Shown: positions 27,816 to 35,181 of the stretch, piece after piece
Layout: every line of letters starts with the position of its first letter
Numbering within the stretch: the first letter of the stretch is position 1
NCBI GenBank assembly: GCA_963677485.1
Contig: OY781964.1
Span: 5,024,001-5,088,000 of the forward strand
DNA from: Armatimonadota bacterium
GTDB taxonomy: Bacteria > Armatimonadota > HRBIN16
Length of the DNA: 64,000 nucleotides
Direction of reading: 5' to 3'
Program-made: the position numbers and the translations under genes
The notes under the pieces: model-generated
Told to the model about the DNA's origin: nothing
Seen by the model: only the letters and a program-made list of their open reading frames with translations
Database searches by the model: none

Positions 27816-29978
27816 ATGTCAAAATGCCGATCTATTCTCACCGCGTTGGTGCTTGCCTTATCTACATCCGCCGTAATGGCCGCGCCGTTCTTGGAGCCTG
27901 TGCCCACATCGCAAAAGGAGATCGCTCTCCACTGGTCCGAGATAGATGCCAAGGCATTGTCAGTGAAGCTCTTCCGCAACGACGCCTTCATCGGGGAGTT
28001 CCCAGCCACCAGCCGCACTTACCGCGACCAGTCGGTGGATCCAGGCACTCGATACACATACCGTCTGACAGCCGCTCTACCGGACGGTAAAGAGCAAAGC
28101 GTCAGTGAGACAGTGACCAGCCTTCGCGATGTGCTTCCCACCCGGAACTACCAGTTGGTGGTTATAGGGGGAACAGCCTCGGGAGTTGGTGCCGCGGTAT
28201 CGGCAGCTCGGCAAGGGGTTCATGTGGCACTGATTGAACCATCGGATCGCCTTGGCGGCATGATCACTAACGGTGTCTCCGCCACTGACATGCGGAAGCC
28301 AGCCCGCAGCAACGGCTTGTTTGATGAGATCCGCCAGCGCGTCCAGAGCTATTACGGAACTGGCAACGGCTTAAGCTACGAACCCAAGCTCACATGGAAG
28401 ATCGTCCGCAGTCTAGTAGACGAACAGCCGCTGATCGATGTGTTCTCCCGCATGAGCTACCACAGTGCTAAGCACCAGGGTCGTACGGTCACCTCCATCA
28501 CATGCAAGGACCTCAGCACGGGTAAACTCACCCGGTTCACCGCAGATCAGTTCGTAGATGCCACCATTGAAGGCGATATGCTGGATGATCTTGGGGTATC
28601 CAACCGAGTGGGACGAGAGGCACGAAGCCAAGAAGAGCCCCATGCAGGTTTCATTCACTACGACCGGTTCAAGGATGAGATCACTCCACCCAGCACAGGA
28701 AAAGCCGACAAGACGATCCAAGCTTACAGCTTCCTGCTGCCTTTGAAGGACTACGGTGCCGGTGCTGATAAAAGCATCCCAGAACCTCCGTTCTATGATA
28801 AAGCAAACTACCAGCACACGACCGCATGGAAAGAGACCTGGGCCTATATGTACGGACGGTTCCCTGGCGGTAAGTTTGAGATGAATCAACACCCTCAAGG
28901 CAACGACCTTCAGGAGATCAACTTCAGATACCCCTGGATGTCAGAGAAACAACGGGCGGGCATGACCGACCGCTTCCGATGGCATGCGCTGGGATATCTT
29001 TACTACCTGCAGACCGAACAGGGACTCAAGCAACTCGGCCTGGCCGATGATGAGTATCCTGAGAATGGCCACATCCCAAACAGCCTGTATGTCCGTGAGG
29101 CCAGGCGTATCGTGGGCGACTTCATGTTAAACGAGACTGACGTTGCGGACGCCAGAAAGCGGCTGCGCCCCGACACAATAGGTATCGGCGACTACCCCAT
29201 GGACTCCCATGCTATTCACAAGAAGACCGACTGGAGCACGACCGATCTTGGCGAGGGCGAATATTGGCTGTACCGCCAAACCCCTTGGTACCAAATTCCA
29301 TTTGGTGTGATGCTGCCCCGAGAGCTGGATAACCTGATGGTCACATCCGCCGTATCCGCCACCCATGTGGGATATGGAACCTTGCGCATGGAACCCGTCA
29401 GGATGGCCATGGGACAGGCGGCAGGCATCTCCACTGCAATGGCGATTAACGGCGGCAGGAAACCGGCTGAGGTCTCGTTAGAGCAGCTTCAGCGTAAGCT
29501 GGTCGAAGCCGGTGTGTATATGGGTTGGTTCAGCGATGTGACCGCAGAAACTCCGCGTTTCTGGGCGATTCAGGAGCTGGCCGCTAAAACCGTGTTGACG
29601 GATGAGGAGTTAAAGCCACAGCAGCCGTTAGTATATGAAGAGATGATCCGATGCTTATACAAAGCGATGGGTTTCGGGTATGAAAAACAAGCCAGAGGTT
29701 ATCTACAACCTAAGGATGACATCTTGCCTGAACAAGAGTCTCAGCTCATGTCGCTCTTCACAGGCCCCATCTTGAAGTCCGATACTTACAGCTCTGCGCA
29801 GCTTGTCCCCATCATGAGGCGGGCCGCTAAAGCGAAAGGTCTGAGCGCGAAGGCGACCGACTGGGCACTGATGCCGATAGCCACATCGGAGGGAGTCATC
29901 ACGAAAGAGCAGTTCTACGCCAGCCTCGCGCTGATTTTACGAGGAACAAACAGCGGGGCTATCTACCCTCAGAAGTGA
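27816..29978 (+). CDS. Exported FAD-dependent oxidoreductase with N-terminal Fn3-like domain
   Basis: Signal peptide; Fn3 YTYRLTA; VVIGGTASG, VDATIEGD, YVREARR, GDYPMDSH, SATHVGYGTLRMEP. Confidence 0.85.
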   Translation: MSKCRSILTALVLALSTSAVMAAPFLEPVPTSQKEIALHWSEIDAKALSVKLFRNDAFIGEFPATSRTYRDQSVDPGTRYTYRLTAALPDGKEQSVSETVTSLRDVLPTRNYQLVVIGGTASGVGAAVSAARQGVHVALIEPSDRLGGMITNGVSATDMRKPARSNGLFDEIRQRVQSYYGTGNGLSYEPKLTWKIVRSLVDEQPLIDVFSRMSYHSAKHQGRTVTSITCKDLSTGKLTRFTADQFVDATIEGDMLDDLGVSNRVGREARSQEEPHAGFIHYDRFKDEITPPSTGKADKTIQAYSFLLPLKDYGAGADKSIPEPPFYDKANYQHTTAWKETWAYMYGRFPGGKFEMNQHPQGNDLQEINFRYPWMSEKQRAGMTDRFRWHALGYLYYLQTEQGLKQLGLADDEYPENGHIPNSLYVREARRIVGDFMLNETDVADARKRLRPDTIGIGDYPMDSHAIHKKTDWSTTDLGEGEYWLYRQTPWYQIPFGVMLPRELDNLMVTSAVSATHVGYGTLRMEPVRMAMGQAAGISTAMAINGGRKPAEVSLEQLQRKLVEAGVYMGWFSDVTAETPRFWAIQELAAKTVLTDEELKPQQPLVYEEMIRCLYKAMGFGYEKQARGYLQPKDDILPEQESQLMSLFTGPILKSDTYSSAQLVPIMRRAAKAKGLSAKATDWALMPIATSEGVITKEQFYASLALILRGTNSGAIYPQK

Positions 29979-31806
29979 TGCGGTAGACTGCGTTCTTGCC
30001 GAACCGGGCCTGCTCTTGCAGCAGGCCCTCTTTTTTGGCCTGCTCCAGCAACTGCCGCCATCGCTCCGTATGGCTTTCATTCACCACCAGGCGCTCATTC
30101 TGCCACACCCACTGGTAACCGTGCTGTAGGAGCCACTGACAGAGCTCAGAGGGCTGTTTCATATCATCGTAGGGTATCAAAGTGTGGTGCCCAGGATTCG
30201 CCCAGATCAGTTTGCGGTTCAGATAGAATACACGGGTCTCATCATACACCGCCACACCGTCATGTTCTGGGGTGTTACTATCTATCCACTCGCACGCTTT
30301 GAAAGTACCTCCCCCATATTGCTGAAGGTAGCTGTCGATAGAGCTTTGGTTTGTCAGCACGAGGATTGACGCGGCCAGTTTGGGCATGATGCCCCCAATG
30401 AACACCAACATCTGAGATAGAACTATAACCGGCATCAGCCAGCGTATCAGCCCTCGCTCGGTATCATGCACCTTGACGGCAGCCAGTATCACCGCAGGGA
30501 ACAAGAACACAAGATACCGTATCTGCTGCATCTGGAAAAACCAGGCCACCCAGTTGAGGCCAATGAACAGCCAAACCGCTCTGCCCGCGGTATTCCAATG
30601 CTTCCAAAACACCAGCGTGAATAGAACCAGCAGACCAAACAACCCCGAACTGCCCACCAAAGGCATGGGATCGATAAAACGGTCATAGTCGGTCACTAGC
30701 CTGATCGGCGAAAGCACAAAGTCGAGGGCAGACCGTCCAAAGCCGAACGCCTCCTGTGCCTGCCTGTATAGGAGGGCGTTCTGAGCACTCCAGTCATGCC
30801 CGCCAAAAATGCCGTAGAAATACGGGTAGAACGGGTTGCCTGTGTAGATCAGCGTTTTGAGGTACCATCCCCCACCAATCAGCACTGAGAGCCCAACGGC
30901 TCCACCAAGCCATCGCCATCGATCTTTCCACGTAAGGCAAGTACAGCCCAGCATCAACGAGATAGCGGTGATGGGCAGAATGCTCACAGCGGTCATCTTG
31001 ATTCCCAGTGCAATGCCTGCCACGACTCCACTCAACACGGTCCAGATGAGGCGCTCGCGTGCGTCGCTCTGTAGAGCTAGATATCCTGTGATCGCAAACC
31101 AGCAGATCGCCAGGCAAAAAGCGATGTCCAGATAGGCCACACCAGCTTCCCATGCAAACAGCGGGATGGAACCTAACAGCAGTCCACTCATCATCTGTGC
31201 CACGGGGCTTAGCTTCATACGTCGCGCCACTACCCAGATCGTGTATACGCAGAGCAGCCCACAAAACCAGTGAAACAGCTTGGCTCCGATCGCACCGGCA
31301 CCGACTCCCAACGACCACAGGTACCACATCTCTACTGTGAATGGGAAGTTGCTGTGATGGTCATACGGCACGTAGTGGATGATTCCGGAACGTAGAAACT
31401 CAAGCGGTATGGCCAGATGGTAACTGAGACCATCCCAGTCATCGCCAATCGGCATCATCAACACGATGGGCAAGATAAGGAGAAGAGGCAGTAGACCCGC
31501 CAGTAATGGCCAATAGCCGCGCCAGCCGACCGAATCCGATTTGACGCCATCAGACCGGCGCAGCCACAGCACGTTCGGCACCGAGAATACGCCCACTACC
31601 AGCCACAAAGCCGCTGCGGACAACTGACCGCACAACCCCATCACTAGTACCACCAGGCTGAAAATCCCTGCGGTACACAGCCAGGCTATAGGGAGCAGTT
31701 CATAGAGGCGGGTCGTTTTGAAGTGATAAGATCGCAGGATGGCCATCCCGCTGAGTGCGAAAACCAGTATTGGTATCAGCGCAAGCAGTGGATGCCCTAT
31801 ACTCAC
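29959..31806 (-). CDS. Polytopic membrane protein, GT-C (ArnT/PMT-like) glycosyltransferase
   Basis: More than 10 TM segments; first-loop DWDGLSYHL, SNFPFTVE, TGNPFYP, RYLVF; periplasmic WIDSNTP domain. Confidence 0.75.
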   Translation of the reverse strand: MSIGHPLLALIPILVFALSGMAILRSYHFKTTRLYELLPIAWLCTAGIFSLVVLVMGLCGQLSAAALWLVVGVFSVPNVLWLRRSDGVKSDSVGWRGYWPLLAGLLPLLLILPIVLMMPIGDDWDGLSYHLAIPLEFLRSGIIHYVPYDHHSNFPFTVEMWYLWSLGVGAGAIGAKLFHWFCGLLCVYTIWVVARRMKLSPVAQMMSGLLLGSIPLFAWEAGVAYLDIAFCLAICWFAITGYLALQSDARERLIWTVLSGVVAGIALGIKMTAVSILPITAISLMLGCTCLTWKDRWRWLGGAVGLSVLIGGGWYLKTLIYTGNPFYPYFYGIFGGHDWSAQNALLYRQAQEAFGFGRSALDFVLSPIRLVTDYDRFIDPMPLVGSSGLFGLLVLFTLVFWKHWNTAGRAVWLFIGLNWVAWFFQMQQIRYLVFLFPAVILAAVKVHDTERGLIRWLMPVIVLSQMLVFIGGIMPKLAASILVLTNQSSIDSYLQQYGGGTFKACEWIDSNTPEHDGVAVYDETRVFYLNRKLIWANPGHHTLIPYDDMKQPSELCQWLLQHGYQWVWQNERLVVNESHTERWRQLLEQAKKEGLLQEQARFGKNAVYRITSEGR

Positions 31807-32564
31807 AGCTCGGTATCCTTCACCCGTCGGCAGCTCCAGCTCACGATTTCGAGACGGTCGGTATCATAATCTAGAATGCCCAGGTGCTGTCCATACTTGC
31901 CGGTGTGTAGTATATAACTGCTGCCGACCTCTATGGGCTCCGAGCTCATCGTGTGGTCGTGACCACCTAAAACTAAATCGACACCCAGTTGCGCCACAGC
32001 CCGGTCATCGGCCGTACCGATATGGGTCAGGGCAACCATTATGTCGCACTTTGGCCGGATCACGGGGATCATATCAGCCGCAGTTTCCACAGCAGGTGTC
32101 ACCATCCAGGCACTCACAGCCCTCAAAAGAGGATTACGATCCAGCATTTTTTCTGTGATCATCTCCTCCATCAGCCCCATGATACCAAACCGCACACCCA
32201 TCCGCTCAAGGACAGTGAAAGGTGCCACCACAGGGTTTGTATTACGTTTAATGGGAAGCACATTGCTGGCCAGAATTGGGAATGAGGCTCCCCTGTGCTT
32301 CGCTTGTAACCCGCTACGACTATAGTGAAACTCCCGATTACCGCAGACCATGGCATCATAACCAGCGTGGCTCATTTTGCCGAGGATCGGTTCAGGCAGC
32401 ATGTTCCATGTGATGTTACTGGCAGTGATCGCATCCCCTGCGTCAAGAAGTATGAAACCTTCGGGATTCGGGGCTGTTTCACGCGCTTTTTTGATAGCAC
32501 GCTGCAGGGCGATCGGAAAATGACCGTGCAAATCGCCGGTCAAGCAGATGCGGATGATTGGCAT
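31803..32564 (-). CDS. Stand-alone calcineurin-like metallophosphoesterase (UshA/5'-nucleotidase N-domain-like)
   Basis: GDLHG, DAGD, GNRE, LTHIG, GGHDH motifs; no signal peptide and no C-terminal substrate domain. Confidence 0.85.
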   Translation of the reverse strand: MPIIRICLTGDLHGHFPIALQRAIKKARETAPNPEGFILLDAGDAITASNITWNMLPEPILGKMSHAGYDAMVCGNREFHYSRSGLQAKHRGASFPILASNVLPIKRNTNPVVAPFTVLERMGVRFGIMGLMEEMITEKMLDRNPLLRAVSAWMVTPAVETAADMIPVIRPKCDIMVALTHIGTADDRAVAQLGVDLVLGGHDHTMSSEPIEVGSSYILHTGKYGQHLGILDYDTDRLEIVSWSCRRVKDTEL

Positions 32565-32569
32565 ATAGG

Positions 32570-33130
32570 TTATTGCACCTTAGGGAGGCTGTTTGGATCA
32601 TAGGTAAACAGGCGAATGATTTCATCCCAATAGCCGTTGGCTTTGAGAAGAACCTCGGCGATTTCGCGCATCCCGCCGTTGCCGCCTTCGGCTACGGTGA
32701 CGTAATCCGCCAAAGCCTTCACCTCAGGTGAGGCATTTGCCACAGTGAATCTGACACCAGCCTCGCGGAAGGCTGACAGATCGTTCAAATCATCGCCTAC
32801 ATAGGCTACGGCACCGGCATCTACCCCTAACTCATACATGAGTTGAAGTAATCGAGTGCCCTTATCACCTACCCCCATCAGGCATTGGTCAAAATGGAGG
32901 TCGCTGGCTCGGCGAGCGACAGATCCGTCTGAACGGCCGGTCATCACCACTAACTGGTATCCATACCGCTTCAACAGGTTCAGACCAAGCCCATCGCGTA
33001 CGTGGAACGCCTTAATGAACTGGCCGTCCGGTGAATAATAGAGCATGGAGTCAGAGAGAACGCCGTCGACATCCGTGACCAGAACCTTCACGCGCCGCAG
33101 ACGGTCCAAAAGAGCTTGAGTAATAGCCAA
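32570..33130 (-). CDS. kdsC: Kdo 8-phosphate phosphatase (HAD family)
   Basis: DVDGVLSD, KAFHVRDG, YVGDDLND, GGNGGMRE. Confidence 0.92.
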   Translation of the reverse strand: MAITQALLDRLRRVKVLVTDVDGVLSDSMLYYSPDGQFIKAFHVRDGLGLNLLKRYGYQLVVMTGRSDGSVARRASDLHFDQCLMGVGDKGTRLLQLMYELGVDAGAVAYVGDDLNDLSAFREAGVRFTVANASPEVKALADYVTVAEGGNGGMREIAEVLLKANGYWDEIIRLFTYDPNSLPKVQ

Positions 33131-34105
33131 CTACACGATACCCGTACGAAGAAGGTCTTTTAACATCAACATACCGATCGGTTTGCGCTGGTGATCCAGC
33201 ACTGGTATTTCACCGATCTTTTTCGACAAGGTCTCCATCAGGCTTAGTGCCTCGACTGCCAGAGGATCACCCTCAATCACGGAAGGGTTGACGGTCATCA
33301 CCTGCTCCGCTCTCAGGGTCAGTGTTTTATCATTAGATAGAAGGAATCGTCTGATGTCGCCATCCGTGATCAGTCCCGCCATCTTGCCATCTGTATCTAA
33401 GACACAGGCCGCTCCTGCGTTCGCTTCCGTGATGGCGAAAAGAACATCGCGAACTGGCTGTCCGCACTCCACAACGGCCACGGCATCGCCGGTACGCATC
33501 ACGTCGCTGACATGCAGCAACAGACGCCGTCCCAGACTCCCTGCCGGGTGAAACACCGCAAACTGGCTTTCTGAGAATTCGCGGGCACGCATAATGGAAA
33601 TGCTAAAGGCATCACCCATGACCAGCATCGCTGTGGTGCTGGCGGTGGGAGCGAGATTGAAAGGGCAAGCCTCGCGTGGTACGGAGATATCTAGTATCTC
33701 ATCCGCGGCCAAGGCCAGGGTGGACTCTAGTCGCCCTACCATCGCGATGATCTTGGCACCGATACGCTTAATGGTAGGTAGAATTGCCAATATTTCGTCT
33801 GTTTCACCGCTGGCTGAAAGTATAAATACCACATCATCCTTGGTGACCATACCAAGGTCGCCATGCACCCCTTCTGCAGGATGCAGGTAGAAGCTGGGCG
33901 TTCCGGTGCTGGCAAGGGTGGCGGCTAGTTTGCGAGCGATCGCTCCTGACTTACCCATACCGGTGGTCACCACGCGTGCTGTACAACCTAACGCCATCTT
34001 GACAGCGTGTTCAAACCGGTCGTCTACGCGTGGCAACAATCCATTTATACCCAGAAGCTCAGTTTCGATCACCTCTCGGCCATAGTCGGAAATCTTAGTA
34101 CTCAT
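33131..34105 (-). CDS. kdsD: Arabinose-5-phosphate isomerase (KpsF/GutQ, SIS plus CBS)
   Basis: GMGKSG, HGDLG, APTASTT, FHPAGSLG, ITDGDIRR. Confidence 0.95.
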   Translation of the reverse strand: MSTKISDYGREVIETELLGINGLLPRVDDRFEHAVKMALGCTARVVTTGMGKSGAIARKLAATLASTGTPSFYLHPAEGVHGDLGMVTKDDVVFILSASGETDEILAILPTIKRIGAKIIAMVGRLESTLALAADEILDISVPREACPFNLAPTASTTAMLVMGDAFSISIMRAREFSESQFAVFHPAGSLGRRLLLHVSDVMRTGDAVAVVECGQPVRDVLFAITEANAGAACVLDTDGKMAGLITDGDIRRFLLSNDKTLTLRAEQVMTVNPSVIEGDPLAVEALSLMETLSKKIGEIPVLDHQRKPIGMLMLKDLLRTGIV

Positions 34106-34111
34106 ATTCGG

Positions 34112-34477
34112 TTATACGTTCTCGTCTCTATCAGTGTCACGTTGAGCATCTGTGGATGCGTCAAGACGCGGCAGTGTCTCAAGTGAGTAGTGAAAATGAA
34201 GCATTTCGTCAAGAGAGATCGGCCCCATATTGGCTTTGGTCAGCATCTCTTCAGGGTCCATCTCACGGATTTCGTGGCGTAGAATCTTCTCATCCCATGC
34301 CTCTAGCCGGATGAAGCTTTCGCCCAATCTACGGCACCGACTGCACCGGAAGCGGAGATAAACATACGTGGTATCGACACGGCGGAGCTGCGTCCCTTTA
34401 TGGATGACATCTCCTTCAAATATTCGTTGACCGCAGGAACAGAATACACCAACTTTTACGTCCTGAAAATCTTCCAT
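34112..34477 (-). CDS. Small hypothetical protein with CxC and CxxC motifs
   Basis: ATG 34477 follows GGGAGGGG; FCSCG...RCSRC; ends 6 nt before kdsD. Confidence 0.65.
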   Translation of the reverse strand: MEDFQDVKVGVFCSCGQRIFEGDVIHKGTQLRRVDTTYVYLRFRCSRCRRLGESFIRLEAWDEKILRHEIREMDPEEMLTKANMGPISLDEMLHFHYSLETLPRLDASTDAQRDTDRDENV

Positions 34478-34639
34478 GGCACCCCTCCCTGCTTCGGTGG
34501 TTGATATCATCAGCGACTCACTGCACCGAATTCTGAAGCATTTCGAGACAAAATCTCCAAATGCCACCATATTGAGTATACAGAATGAGCAACATACCGG
34601 CAAACCGGCAGAGATTGTAAGCACGAAACGAGATTGTAC

Positions 34640-35164
34640 TTAAGGTTGACCTGGCCGATACGGCTTGTTTCGACCCATCTTCTCGTCGCGCGACGTAGGC
34701 ACATAGAGTTCCGGCTCTTGGATGATCCTAAAAGTATATAACTTTCTCAGCCAGTCATCCTTAGTCAAACCGCCTATTACTGTCTTCGTGTTCACATCGA
34801 CGATAAAATAGCCAGGTCGTAATTCACGATTGGTTAATGGGAATTTGTTTTGCTCATCTCGGTATTTTGGATGAGGGCTCACCTTTCCTATGATAGCATT
34901 TGAAAACACACGGTATCCCACTACATTCGGACCGACCGCGAACCTGCCAAAAGGTGGAACCGTCTTAAAATCCATGTTTTGTATCCATACTTCGTCAAAG
35001 TGTTGCATGAGCCGAAATCCGCCAGGTAAATTAAAGCCATATCGATTCATCAGATTCCACATGACCATATAACCCATGAACACCAACATCAGAGCCGAAG
35101 CTGAAGCGACAATGACTGTGAATACCGGTATGCGCCTTCGTTCCTTACTACTTTCTGCCGTCAT
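34640..35164 (-). CDS. Hypothetical single-TM protein
   Basis: 174-aa ORF with GGAGG RBS and an N-terminal TM segment. Confidence 0.6.
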   Translation of the reverse strand: MTAESSKERRRIPVFTVIVASASALMLVFMGYMVMWNLMNRYGFNLPGGFRLMQHFDEVWIQNMDFKTVPPFGRFAVGPNVVGYRVFSNAIIGKVSPHPKYRDEQNKFPLTNRELRPGYFIVDVNTKTVIGGLTKDDWLRKLYTFRIIQEPELYVPTSRDEKMGRNKPYRPGQP

Positions 35165-35181
35165 GATTTGGGTAAGCCTCC

